Shown: positions 34,562 to 45,050 of the stretch, one piece after another
How positions within the stretch are numbered: position 1 is the first letter of the stretch
Layout: every line of letters starts with the position of its first letter
Origin: an uncultured Rivularia sp.
GTDB lineage: Bacteria; Cyanobacteriota; Cyanobacteriia; Cyanobacteriales; Nostocaceae
NCBI GenBank assembly: GCA_963665115.1
Contig: OY762007.1
Span: 8,576,001 to 8,640,000 of the forward strand
DNA: 64,000 nucleotides
Reading direction: 5' to 3'
Position numbers and translations under genes: made by a program
Notes under the pieces: model-generated
Database searches by the model: none
What the model was told of the DNA's origin: nothing
What the model saw: the letters and a program-made list of their open reading frames with translations, nothing else

Positions 34562-34682
34562 CTCACATCTTGCACCAGTGTCAGAAACCCGGTTTCTTTG
34601 CGATTTCATAACGAGATATTCATGCTTTCAGTACTAGAAACCGGGTTTCTTTGGGCTTCTTGAAAATGGTGCAAGATATCAG
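34562..34682. mobile_element. MITE-like element with CTCACATCTTGCACCA ends
   Basis: CTCACATCTTGCACCA ... TGGTGCAAGATATCAG flanked by ATTTAA on both sides; two AGAAACC(C/G)GGTTTCT palindromes inside; another left end at 34689. Confidence 0.7.
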
Positions 34683-34980
34683 ATTTAACTTACATCTTGC
34701 ACCTTTCTCAGTTTTGACTGGCATCAGGGCTATGGAGCTTGGTATTATGACGACTGCATATTTCCTGACTTTATAAGCACTTTTATTGCTGTCATCCTGA
34801 TTCAACCTTTCTAATTAAGCGAAACAAACCTTACTGTTGTAAGTCGGCAGAAATAAACATAACTATGTAACAGAGTGCAAATCAGCCTTAAACTCTTACC
34901 TCTACTGCCGACTGCCTGTCCTAATTACAATTTTCAACGCCGATCTACTCAACATAACTATTTTTATAACAATTGATTGT

Positions 34981-36789
34981 TTAAAAAGAAAAACTAGTCC
35001 GCATCAATCCAATCCAAGTTGTATCATTATCTGCGTTATGCTCTGGATTAGTAATTACCAAGAATCCGGGAGTGATAAATATTCTGTCATTAAGTGGATA
35101 GCGATAAGATAGTTCAAAATGTAAAGAAGTATCTTTATCTTCTCGCTCAAAAACGTCATTACTCGTAACCTTGGGAGGCATACCAAAGACAAAACTTAAT
35201 TGAGAACCTAGTTTACCTACATCCTTCAAAGATGCTGTAATAGCCCAACTCCATATGTCTGCATCAGCACCTTCGGAACCGCTCAAACCATTAGCACTGG
35301 GGGAAGATTCTGCATTAGTGTTAAAATAGCTTCCCCAACCTCCTAAAATAAATTTATCGCTTAATTTATAGGTAAACTGTAAGCCCAAAGCGTTGGAAGA
35401 TGTTGCAGTACTTCCACCAAAGGGTAGTTGAGCGAATTCGCTTCCTTTACTCCCAGTAACATTAATTGTGGCAGCAGGTTCGGGTGCATAGTAACGACCG
35501 TATGTCAAGGCAATGCCAAGTTTATCTGAGGGGGTGTATGTTACCTGAGTCAATGCGGTATATTGACCTTTAAATAGTCCTTCTTCTGGATTGCTGCCAG
35601 GAAAGGTTAAATAGCTGATACCTGCGGCTAATTCGTCAGTAAATTGATAGTAAGCGACTGCACCAGCACCAAAAGCAAAGGAATAGATCGGACTTTCTGC
35701 TCCAAAATTGGAGATTGAAGAGACGGGATTGAGAGCCGGGAAAATGCGAGTCGGGAAATCTGCTGCTGGTGCGATCGCCACTGTACCCTTTTCACCGATG
35801 GGAAATTGATAAAACAGCGTGCCTATTCTAATATCGTTACCAGTATTAGTTGCACCAATCAAGCGAGTCATATCGGTACCCGTAAAACCAGTACCGTAAT
35901 TAGGGACATTCCCTGCTTGTATTCTGGTTCTTAATCTATCTTTACCCGTAAAGCTGGTATCAAAGGTGAGAGATGCTCGTGATGAAAAAGTAAGGTTTTC
36001 TTCTATATCTTCCGTGGGGTTTTCTCCTGGAGGAACGGCTTTTTGATCTCCAGAAGCACCGATTAAATTAAAATTTACTCCACCTCGTAAAACAGTTGTA
36101 GTGCTAAACTGACGACTATCTGCAAGCGCAACTCTTTGCTCTAAATTATCTATTTTGGCAGTAATAATTTCTAATTCTTTAGCAAATTCTGTCTGCAACC
36201 TTTGCATCGCAGCCAAGTCTTCTTTTTGTTCGGAGATTCTATTACCCAAAGTGTAAATTGAACGTCCAACTTTTACTAAGCAAATATTTAAAGCTGCTGC
36301 AAATTCATAACGATTTAAGATTCGATTACCGTTGAAAGCTCCCGAACCAGAATCACTAATACAACGGTATTTTTCGACTAAACTTTGCAGCGCTTCATAA
36401 GCCCAATGTCCGGGGCTAATATCTTCTAATTGATCGACTCTAATAACTTCACCAAAATAAGGAGGAGAGTTATCAATTACTTCACCAAAGTAAGGAGTTC
36501 TAAAATTATCTGGTGTTTGTGAAATTACTTGGGGTTGTGAATTAGAAGTGGTTGCGGGTAATTGATTATCTGAAGATAATTTGAAAACTGAAGTTGTAGG
36601 TATTTTATTAGTGTCGGTTAAATTAACTTTATGTAAATTATCTACAGCATTTTTTGATTGTTTTAAAGTTTTTTTTAAATCTATATCCCGATTATTATTA
36701 AAATTTTCTTGAGCTAATGCAGAAGATAAAGTTAATATATTAGAACTTATAATTATTGAAATTATGGATAATGGTATATTCAATTTCAT
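34981..36789 (-). CDS. SLH-domain outer membrane porin (iron-uptake/OprB-like)
   Basis: Signal peptide; SLH DISPGHWAYEALQSLVEKY..NRYEFAAAL; coiled coil; QFSTTTVL, FDTSFTGKDRLRTR, ITPG, terminal F. Confidence 0.93.
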   Translation of the reverse strand: MKLNIPLSIISIIISSNILTLSSALAQENFNNNRDIDLKKTLKQSKNAVDNLHKVNLTDTNKIPTTSVFKLSSDNQLPATTSNSQPQVISQTPDNFRTPYFGEVIDNSPPYFGEVIRVDQLEDISPGHWAYEALQSLVEKYRCISDSGSGAFNGNRILNRYEFAAALNICLVKVGRSIYTLGNRISEQKEDLAAMQRLQTEFAKELEIITAKIDNLEQRVALADSRQFSTTTVLRGGVNFNLIGASGDQKAVPPGENPTEDIEENLTFSSRASLTFDTSFTGKDRLRTRIQAGNVPNYGTGFTGTDMTRLIGATNTGNDIRIGTLFYQFPIGEKGTVAIAPAADFPTRIFPALNPVSSISNFGAESPIYSFAFGAGAVAYYQFTDELAAGISYLTFPGSNPEEGLFKGQYTALTQVTYTPSDKLGIALTYGRYYAPEPAATINVTGSKGSEFAQLPFGGSTATSSNALGLQFTYKLSDKFILGGWGSYFNTNAESSPSANGLSGSEGADADIWSWAITASLKDVGKLGSQLSFVFGMPPKVTSNDVFEREDKDTSLHFELSYRYPLNDRIFITPGFLVITNPEHNADNDTTWIGLMRTSFSF

Positions 36790-36816
36790 GATTTATTTAT
36801 TTATTTTTATTTTTAA

Positions 36817-36991
36817 CTGGTTCCCAGTCTCTGGCTGGGAACCCGTGCAGGGAGGCTCTGCCTCCAGATACATAAAGAAGAGGCAAGAGCCTCAGAGAAT
36901 GCTTTTTCAGTCTGGAGACTGGGAACGAGGAACAGGTTCGTAGTTGCGCTTCAGCGCCAACACACTTTAGCGCTAAAGCGCAACTACAAAC
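36817..36991. repeat. REP/REPIN-like palindromic elements
   Basis: GTTCCCAGTCTC..GAGGCTCTGCCTC..GAGGCAAGAGCCTC..GAGACTGGGAACGAG (related copy 41452-41561) plus GTAGTTGCGCTTCAGCGC..GCGCTAAAGCGCAACTAC (also near 31648-31705). Confidence 0.75.
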
Positions 36992-36992
36992 A

Positions 36993-38012
36993 TCAATAAG
37001 GACGAACCTTAAACTCATCATTAGCAGTTTCAATAACTTTTTTAGCAACATCTTCGGGAATTCTGGTATATTCTAAATCCTCATTAAAACTTTGACCTTT
37101 AGTTAAAATCCATATCAATAATTCCTTATTTGCACTCACCGCTTCTTGGTTAGAATACCTTTTATGAAACAGCAGCCAAGTCAAACTAACTAAGGGATAA
37201 CCCTCTTTTGGATCGTTAATATCTTCTGTTGTAAAATCCGATTTAAATTTAACGTTAGCTAAAGCTTTCTTGGTTTCTGCTAAAGTTGGTTTAACGTAAC
37301 GTCCGGCTTGATTCTCAATCCTAGCTACTGACAAATTATTCCTGCGAGCAACGTTTGTTTGTACGTAACCAATTGCGCCATCAATTCTTCTGACTTCTCC
37401 AGCAACTCCGCTATCTTGAGAATGACGGGAAAATACATCAAATCCCCAATTTGGATTTCTACTGGCTGCTATTTTACCATTAGTAATTTTTTCTAAGTAT
37501 TTAGTTAAAATAAAAGACGTACCGCTACTACCGGAACGAACTACAACTTCAATATCTTTGTTGGGAAAACGAGGATTTACTTGTTGCCAATTTGAAATTT
37601 TACCTGTAAATATTTTGGCTAGTTTATCGCGAGATAATCTTACGTTGCTGCTTACATCTTTGAGATTGTAAACAACAGCTATTGCACCTCCCCCTGTCGG
37701 TACCATTAACAAACCATCTTCGATTTGATTTTGTTCGATGGGAGTAGGAATCAAAGTGGTAGCAGCAAAGTCTACAGATTGATTGCTAAATAACCGAATT
37801 CCACCACCACTTCCTACGACGGTATATTTAAACTTGTTACCTGTTTGAAGTTCGTACTCTTTTTGATAGCGCTCGAACAAAGGTTGAGGAAAAGAAGCAC
37901 CAGCACCTCTGAGTAATTGAGCAGAAACGGAATGGGTGGTAAAAGAAATCGTAATTGCAGTGACTGCGGTAGCTATTATATTTTGCCAATTACCAATTGT
38001 AAAAGTTTTCAT
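36993..38012 (-). CDS. pstS: PstS-family periplasmic binding protein
   Basis: GAGASFPQPL, GSGGG, RSGSSGTS, GAIGYV, YPLVSLTW; start set at MKTF because the longer 5' part is repeat DNA. Confidence 0.85.
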   Translation of the reverse strand: MKTFTIGNWQNIIATAVTAITISFTTHSVSAQLLRGAGASFPQPLFERYQKEYELQTGNKFKYTVVGSGGGIRLFSNQSVDFAATTLIPTPIEQNQIEDGLLMVPTGGGAIAVVYNLKDVSSNVRLSRDKLAKIFTGKISNWQQVNPRFPNKDIEVVVRSGSSGTSFILTKYLEKITNGKIAASRNPNWGFDVFSRHSQDSGVAGEVRRIDGAIGYVQTNVARRNNLSVARIENQAGRYVKPTLAETKKALANVKFKSDFTTEDINDPKEGYPLVSLTWLLFHKRYSNQEAVSANKELLIWILTKGQSFNEDLEYTRIPEDVAKKVIETANDEFKVRPY

Positions 38013-38030
38013 GAATATGTTTTCAAATAT

Positions 38031-38196
38031 CTGGCGGTTAAAACCGCTACTATACGGGCAAAGTCCCTCCGGGTTCACCACTCCCCTCAACGGAGGGAAC
38101 CTCCGCACGGGGGTGGATTCACCACCTGCGTGGACTAATAAATTTAAACCCGTGCAGACGGGTTTTGCTTGTGTAGCCGTGACTTACAGTCGCCAG
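38031..38196. repeat. REP-like element with a nested ~58-nt insertion (38065-38123)
   Basis: CTGGCG...CGCCAG ends and AAACCCGTGCAGACGGGTTT hairpin; the insert is the reverse complement of the element at 29011-29070. Confidence 0.7.
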
Positions 38197-38229
38197 GTAA
38201 AATATATAATTCGACTTTACACCTCTGAT

Positions 38230-38772
38230 TTACGAACGTTCTAATTTATGGATAGTTACTTGATTAGCATCAGTGGGAATTTCAAACCAGAAACCATTAT
38301 CTACAGTAATCTCATAGACAAATTCACCCAGACGAGTACTTCGCCAAGTATTAACAATTTTGGCATTTGGTGCCCACCGCTTCAGGGCTTGGATGACATT
38401 TTCAGGAACAGCAGTGCGATCTACTTCTTCGTCAACTTCAATAATTTGTCCGTTAGGAGTAGCATCTACTGAAAATTTAAAGCCTTGTTGGTTTTGACCG
38501 CTTATTTCATAAACTATAGAACCATCTGATTTCATTTCTACTTGTGCTGCTGTTGGTTTGGCACCAGTAACAGTCATTACCGAAGCCATAGCAGGAAGTG
38601 GTACTTCCTCAAGAGATATTTTTCGTTCTATCCCACCAAAGGTTTGAGCTATCAAGATTTCTCTCTTGGGTAAAGATTGAGCAAAAGCATTACTCAAATT
38701 AATTGAAGAGAAAGCGATAGCTATTCCCGCAAAAGTTAAAATTTTGTACCAATTTTTAGCAAAGAAAATCAT
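38230..38772 (-). CDS. Secreted PepSY-like/BLIP-like hypothetical protein
   Basis: Signal peptide ending AFA; two repeats of the type VPxxV..., xYEI, VDATPNGQII. Confidence 0.6.
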   Translation of the reverse strand: MIFFAKNWYKILTFAGIAIAFSSINLSNAFAQSLPKREILIAQTFGGIERKISLEEVPLPAMASVMTVTGAKPTAAQVEMKSDGSIVYEISGQNQQGFKFSVDATPNGQIIEVDEEVDRTAVPENVIQALKRWAPNAKIVNTWRSTRLGEFVYEITVDNGFWFEIPTDANQVTIHKLERS

Positions 38773-38825
38773 TTATTTTAGGAATTTAGAGATTAATTAT
38801 TCGCTGTGTTGTTTTTTTACCTTCA

Positions 38826-39872
38826 TCACTTTGCTCTCCCCAATACATTTAATAATTTCAGCTTCGATGTATTTAAAGCAGTTTCTTCTGGTGGTAAAGA
38901 GCCAGCATTTTCAACTTCTTCATCTATATTTTGTAAATAAAAATTAATGAATCCTTTTATTTCAGGTCGCGTCCTTATCTGTTCGGCATCTGCATAAATA
39001 AACATGGGACTAGTGAAAGGATAATTTTGAAAGGAACTAGGAGGAATACCATCAATAGAAATGACCGAGAACGCATTTTTATTTCTCATATAGTAGGTGT
39101 ATCCTATCAAGCCAATTACATCTTGATTTATCAGAGCATCTTGAATAAGCTCTTCTTCAAAGTTATAAATTTTTGTATTCGGTGCCTTAAGAACGCTCTG
39201 AGCATTACCGCCAAAAATTGTTTTAACAAATAAGTTTGCGACATTTCGTCTAATTGCTCTATCAGGCCAATCTTTATTAACATCCGACCACTTTTCGGCA
39301 GTGAATATTTTTCTTATATCCTCACGAGACAAATTGTTTGGCAGAAAATCGTTTTTACGGCTGACCACAATAGCCAAAGCATCCGTCGCTATTTGAAAGC
39401 TGATTGGTTCTCTACCTGCTTGATTGCAGGCTTGTACTTCTTGTGCATTTATGGGGCGATAAGCATTAAGAATATCTAGCTTGCCTTCGGAACAAAAAAG
39501 TTGAAAACCTTTACCCGTACCTGCACTAGTCACTTCTATCTTACCCGGATATCCTTCTTCTATAAAACGCTCTGCAATAGCCTGAGTAACAAAATACATG
39601 ATTGTGCTGCCACCAATTCTCAATTCTCCTCCCAGTTTGAGGGGGTTGACATTCGGTAAATTAATACCCGCGTTTGATTCCTCTAAAGCAGGTGTTGGCG
39701 AGGAAGTGGAAGAAATACTTTGTATACCTAAGTCTTCTTCTATACCCGAGCCTGCTGTTGCAGCGTTTTCAGATTTTCTGTTATTTGAATCGGAGTTGTT
39801 TGGACTATTACAACCACTCAACAAGAAAACAGCGATAATAAAACCAATAAACCCCCAACGATATATAAACAT
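38826..39872 (-). CDS. PstS-like substrate-binding lipoprotein (PBP_like_2)
   Basis: Lipobox LSGC; IGGSTI, GTGKGFQLFC, DALAIVVS, IGLIGYTYY, YPFTSPMFIY. Confidence 0.85.
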   Translation of the reverse strand: MFIYRWGFIGFIIAVFLLSGCNSPNNSDSNNRKSENAATAGSGIEEDLGIQSISSTSSPTPALEESNAGINLPNVNPLKLGGELRIGGSTIMYFVTQAIAERFIEEGYPGKIEVTSAGTGKGFQLFCSEGKLDILNAYRPINAQEVQACNQAGREPISFQIATDALAIVVSRKNDFLPNNLSREDIRKIFTAEKWSDVNKDWPDRAIRRNVANLFVKTIFGGNAQSVLKAPNTKIYNFEEELIQDALINQDVIGLIGYTYYMRNKNAFSVISIDGIPPSSFQNYPFTSPMFIYADAEQIRTRPEIKGFINFYLQNIDEEVENAGSLPPEETALNTSKLKLLNVLGRAK

Positions 39873-39912
39873 TTATTCTATGTACTATTATTTAGTAAAT
39901 AAGCAAGAAAAT

Positions 39913-41421
39913 TTAATTTAACGACCGGACTTTACCATTACTCGTAGCAGTTTCACGTGATTTACTACCAATACCTTGTAATGATTCCATTGCTTTTCTA
40001 CGCTGTTCGATAAATTGGCTAAACTCCGAAGAAAACTGCGGATTGCTCTCTATCATTTGCATCACATCTTCATCAGGAATCAGCACAACTTCGGCATCTT
40101 GGGGAGCAACAGCGGTGATGGGACTAACTTCACCTGGAAATATTGCCAGTTCGCCAAATACACTTCCATTTCCTAAAGAGTTTAACTCACGCTCCGAACC
40201 TTGTAGGGTTTTTGTTGAGATACGAACTTTACCCGCATAAACAAAGTACAATCCTTCGTCGTCTTGTCCCTGCTGTACGATATATTCACCAGAACCATAG
40301 GACACGAATTTTGCCTTCGTTGCTAATTGATTGATTTTTGCATCCTCTAGGCTAGATAAGTAAGTTAGCGAACGTAAAAAATCTGCCATTTCCTGGAGAC
40401 GGTTTTCTATTGCATTAGGGAGTCTATTCGGAAGCCCATCTTTAGCATCATAATTATATTGGACTTCAATTGGGTAGGGAATAGTGAAATTATGGCGTTT
40501 TGCTAAGTAGTAAATCCGCGTCATGAATCCGTTCAATATCTTCAAATTGCCACTATCGGGTGTCTTTTTAAACCAAACGCAGTAATTAATTGCGGAATCT
40601 CCAAAAGATTCGATAAATGGAAATACCATGCCGTCATAACCCAAATCATCCTCAAAACCTGTAGAAATGCTCTTCAAGGCAGATATAACGCGATCTGGAG
40701 CATCGTCGTAAGAAAAGCTGACTTTGACAGGCATCCAAACTCCCTCTTGAGCAAAGTTTTCAATAGTTGCCTTTGATAAAGTACCGTTAGGAATAGTTAT
40801 TTTTTTCTCCCATCCCCTATCTTCTAAAGTCACCGACCACCAGTTTTGCTCTACAACTCGTCCTTTGATGCCATTCACCTCAATCCAGTCCCCTTCCTTG
40901 AAAGGGCTAGCAATCAGTAGCAGCAGCCCCGACACTAGGTTACTCAGAGTATCTTGCAGCGCCAAAGCAACTACCAAAGAACCGACCCCCAAAGCTGCTG
41001 CCAAACCGCTCAAGTCAACCTCCCAGATTCCCCCCAGTACGCGGTAAAGAATCAGCAGAATCACGACCGCTCGTATTGTTTGGAATAATAGGTTGGGTAC
41101 CTGTATTTGTCCGGGAATAGAAGTTTTTTTAGTGCTTAAAAATGCGTTGAGCAAAGGAATTGCTGCGACTACAACCGCTACCCAGGTGAGCGTTTCTAGA
41201 AAGCGGGTAGAAGGTTCCGTGCTGGCAATGCGAAATAATATCCGGATAACTAGTAGCAATGCTAAGGGAGGCAAAACGTATACTCGGAGTCTTCGCAAAG
41301 CTATTGCTAAAGGATGCTGTCTCTTTGCTAACCGTTCGGCAACTTCGTGGAGTACCACGTTTAAAATCGGGAACCCCAGTCCTAATATAAATAGCCAGAT
41401 TAATAAGTTTGATTCAAGCAT
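39913..41421 (-). CDS. MscS-family mechanosensitive channel with C-terminal cNMP-binding domain
   Basis: ALQDTLSNLVSG, PFKEGDWI, IPN; cNMP domain IVQQG, LYFVYAGKV, FGELAI. Confidence 0.92.
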   Translation of the reverse strand: MLESNLLIWLFILGLGFPILNVVLHEVAERLAKRQHPLAIALRRLRVYVLPPLALLLVIRILFRIASTEPSTRFLETLTWVAVVVAAIPLLNAFLSTKKTSIPGQIQVPNLLFQTIRAVVILLILYRVLGGIWEVDLSGLAAALGVGSLVVALALQDTLSNLVSGLLLLIASPFKEGDWIEVNGIKGRVVEQNWWSVTLEDRGWEKKITIPNGTLSKATIENFAQEGVWMPVKVSFSYDDAPDRVISALKSISTGFEDDLGYDGMVFPFIESFGDSAINYCVWFKKTPDSGNLKILNGFMTRIYYLAKRHNFTIPYPIEVQYNYDAKDGLPNRLPNAIENRLQEMADFLRSLTYLSSLEDAKINQLATKAKFVSYGSGEYIVQQGQDDEGLYFVYAGKVRISTKTLQGSERELNSLGNGSVFGELAIFPGEVSPITAVAPQDAEVVLIPDEDVMQMIESNPQFSSEFSQFIEQRRKAMESLQGIGSKSRETATSNGKVRSLN

Positions 41422-41451
41422 TATTAAGGTTAAAGGTTAAAGGTTAATGTT

Positions 41452-41561
41452 CTCGTTACAAGGCTCTGCCTTGTAATGCTCTTCTTGAGGCTCTGCCTCA
41501 TGCACCCTGTTAGAGGCAGAGCCTCTAAAAATGCATTCCCAGCCTGGAGGCTGTGAACGAG
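41452..41561. repeat. REP/REPIN-like palindromic element
   Basis: CTCGTT...GAGGCTCTGCCTC...GAGGCAGAGCCTC...AACGAG; same family as 36817-36929. Confidence 0.7.
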
Positions 41562-41579
41562 GCTAAACTCCTACTACGA

Positions 41580-44188
41580 CTAAACCCCAATACTCTGCAA
41601 CTTAATTTCTGCCGCTGCATCTCGCATAATTCCGCTCAATAATGTATAAGCTGTCACCCATCCACTCCGTATTTCTGGGGTGAATTCGTCACCTAATCCT
41701 TGTTGCAATGTCCAAAGTAGAGCTTCACCGACAACTGCGTAATGTTCATCTTTTACACCGTAACCTGCGTGGTCGCGACCAAGCTTTTGGGCGGCTCCGA
41801 TAATGTTTTCTGGGTGACGCAATCCTTCAACTACAACCCCCAAGGTTGCCATCAGCTTGCGTTGCTGTTGTTCCATATCTCCTGTAAATAAAGGACGTAA
41901 GGAAGGATCTAGTTCAAACAATCGCTTGTAAAATAATTCTCCTGCTTTATCGGCAATGGGAGCAACTTTGGCGAAGGAAGATTGCACTAAGTCTACTTCG
42001 GTGACGCTCATCTTATTCGATGTCACCAAGGTCCAAGTTTTGACTGAGCCTACGTTCTCAATTTCGGCAACAGGATTTGGCGCGAAGGTGTAAGCATCTG
42101 CGACACGTTGAAATGCGGCTTCGGTGATTACTACATGATTGGGCTGCGCTCTGGCGTAGATACGAGTTGCTAAATATACATCTTCCCCCCAAATATTAAA
42201 TGCGAATTTCTTTTTCCCGCCCACTACCCCGGCATTTACGGAGCCAGAATGTATACCGATGCGTAAAGCTAAGGTGGAATTGTGTAAGTTTTCTAGTCGA
42301 GTCAAACTCTGTACTATTGCGATCGCAAAATCGGTGGCTCGTTTGGTATGGTCGAGTCTGGGTTGTGTGAGTCCGCAAAAAGCCATGTAATCGGTACTGC
42401 CGCTACTCTGTCTTTCCATTCCGTAACGAATGGCGGCTTTGTCAAATTCCCCGACTAGTTTGGTCAGCAGTTCGGTAACTTCTTGGGGTGTTTTTTGTCT
42501 GCTGAGGTCGGCAATACCACCGACTTGAGCATAAACAATTGTGACTTGTTTAACTTTGTCTGCAATTAATGTCTCCCCTGCTTTCATGCGTTTGGCAATG
42601 GAACTGGGTAGGAGATTATTTAGTAGATTATCGTTTTCACTGTCTTTGGCTGCTAATTCTTTATTTGTTTGGTTCACCTTTTGGTTAATATTGTTGAGAA
42701 TTGCGGTCATTTCTCCAAATTCGTCTGTGGAAGTAACTGCAAATTCCCCATCAGCTTCCCCCGCAGCAACTTTTTGAGCGTCAGCTTTTAAGCGCTCAAA
42801 AGGTTTAATGAAGATATTCGCAGCGATTTCCGCACCTAAAGCCGTAAGTAACAGAAACACTACCCCAGCAATCAACAATTTTATTTGCAATGCGTACAGA
42901 GGCTGATATGCTTCCCCTAAATCCATTTGAGCCAAGATTCCCCAATCGAGTCCCTGCAATTCCAAGGGAGCATAGGCAGTTAAGGTATTAACTCCTCGAT
43001 AATCTTCCACTACTTCGATGCCTGTTTCTCCACCCAAAGCTAATTGAGCAGCTTGATTCTCTACTTTTTGCAGTCCAATTGTAGTATTGAGCTTCTCAAT
43101 TAATTCAATATCTCTTTTAGGAGTACCATTCCTGCGAACTGAAGCTTTATATTGTTTTGGTTTTTCTTGCAGGAAGCGAGACATCGAACGCATGGAGAAA
43201 TCTTCACCAATTAAATAAGCTTCTCCAGTCTTACCCAAACCAGCGGCTTCCCAATCGTTATCTTGAGACATTACCTGATTAATCTTGTCAACTGGTACTT
43301 GCACCGCGACAATACCAATTAAATTGAAACCGCTGAAAATTGGAGCCGCAACAAAAGCAGCAGGTGCTTCATAGGAAGGGGACGATAGGGTTTAAAATCA
43401 ACAACTTGAATGCTACCAGCTTGCGGATTAGCGATTACTTCTCGTACAACATCAGCCAAACCACTCCCCGAATAACGTCCAGTTAGCAGATTCGTTGCAT
43501 AATCTGTTTCCTTATAAACCGAGTAGACCATATCCCCGGTTCTGTGGTTGATTAAAAATAAATCGTAATATCCAAAGTTATCAATCAGCTTTCTAAAATA
43601 AGCTTGATGTGTTTTATGGATTTGATTGTAATAAGTGCCATCACCCGCATCAAGTAGTTTATCTTTCTCACCGACTTTATTGGGATTCTTCGCTAAGTAA
43701 TTATATTGAAGATAGCGCCCAGCTTGTCCGGAGGGACGATAGGTGATGTACTTTAGTTCGTTGTCTCCTAAGAGATTTTTACGTAATCTGGGAAAAAATT
43801 CTTTTGTATAATAAGCTTCCAGCACGGGTTCTATTTCCGCTTCGGGAAACTTACGTTCCAACTGTCGAAAGCCTCTGTTAAAACCCACCATCGCTTCAAC
43901 GACTCTGCCATCCTCCGCTAGAGTCCCCACTTGGTTGTAGAGATTCTTGAAAAAGAACTCGAACTGATCCGCCTTAGCCGTGCGAACACCAATAAGTTGG
44001 TCGGCAATTTTTTCTTCTAGGGTAGTTTTTGCTTGCAGCCAGCTAGTAGTACCAATTACTAACAACGAGCCAAGGCTGGTAAGTAACAGCATTCCCTGAA
44101 GCTTGGATTTTAGCGTCAGTTTGTTTAACGCCGTTTTATGAATGCGGGTATTCCTGATTTTTGTTAAGTATTTTTTTACGTTATTCAT
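41580..44188 (-). CDS. Membrane sensor: Cache-like - HAMP - degenerate class III nucleotide cyclase - globin (apparent frameshift at 43378-43381)
   Basis: TM; YYDLFLI..GDMVYSV Cache-like domain; HAMP DEFG; LLNNLLP, LRIGIHSG; globin LVQSSF..FYKRLF...QQRKL...LGRDHAGYGV. The ORFs join as YRPSYEAPAAF if two bases are removed. Confidence 0.88.
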
Positions 44189-44826
44189 ATATTTCTATAT
44201 ATAGTGATGCTGTTTATAGCAGTTTTGGAAAAGGACGCATCTAACTATGAATAACGAATCTGCGTTCCCTTAACATTGTTTGAGAAAGCTTTTTCCGTTA
44301 CTCTCATTTAATTATTTAACTACTCGAACAACATTACTACTAATAATTATGTAGGTAGAGTAATATATTTTTCCAAGCTAGTCAATTAAATACATACAGA
44401 TTTTAACTTCTATAATTTACTTTTTTTTTTACATAAGTACTAATTGCTTTAATTATTTTCCGCGTGGGTTAACAATACAGTTGATTTACAGATAACGGCT
44501 AAGATATCCTTGCCATCTGAAACACTTGTGAATTTACTATACACATTTATATAGCATAAGTGTCAGTTTTTGTAGATAAAAGTAAATCATATTTTTCTTC
44601 CGATTATTATTTACATACTTTTCATACTTTTCGTACTTTTATTGTTTTATGACTTTTCTTATTAAACTAAAAAAAACAATATAAAAAATGTGAAGATAAA
44701 TTAAATAAAAATTTGTAAACAATTATTTCATAGTTGTAGGTTGGGTTAAGCGACAGCGCAACCCAACATCGGGTTATGCTGCGTTGCTCCCGTTTATCTT
44801 TGTGATACCCAAACTATAGGAGTTTT

Positions 44827-44941
44827 CAATTGAGCGGAGCCGGAGAAGCTCCGCCGTAGGTCTAAACCTCACCCCGTCCTGCGGACACCCCTCTCTTTAT
44901 TAAGGAGAGGGGAAGGGGAGTAGTTTAATCTACTCAATTGA
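44827..44941. repeat. MITE/REP-like element flanked by GTAGGTTGGGT repeats
   Basis: TCAATTGAG...CTCAATTGA ends; internal CCCCTCTC..GAGAGGGG hairpin also seen at 20325-20365; GTAGGTTGGGT near 44737 and 44946. Confidence 0.55.
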
Positions 44942-45050
44942 AGTAGTAGGTTGGGTCAACGTAATTACGGTAAGCAGAAAAATTTATTATTGATATAAAG
45001 CAGAAAACAAAATCATTCAGCTAATTAATTTTTATTAAAAACGCCAACAT

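Noticed and set aside
38013..38108. N-terminal extension MRRFPPLRGVVNPEG of PstS
   Set aside because: It derives from the nested repeat element; the signal peptide follows the ATG at 38012
34981..39872. Canonical pstSCAB phosphate uptake operon
   Set aside because: No permease or ATPase genes are present, and no convincing Pho box was identified by eye
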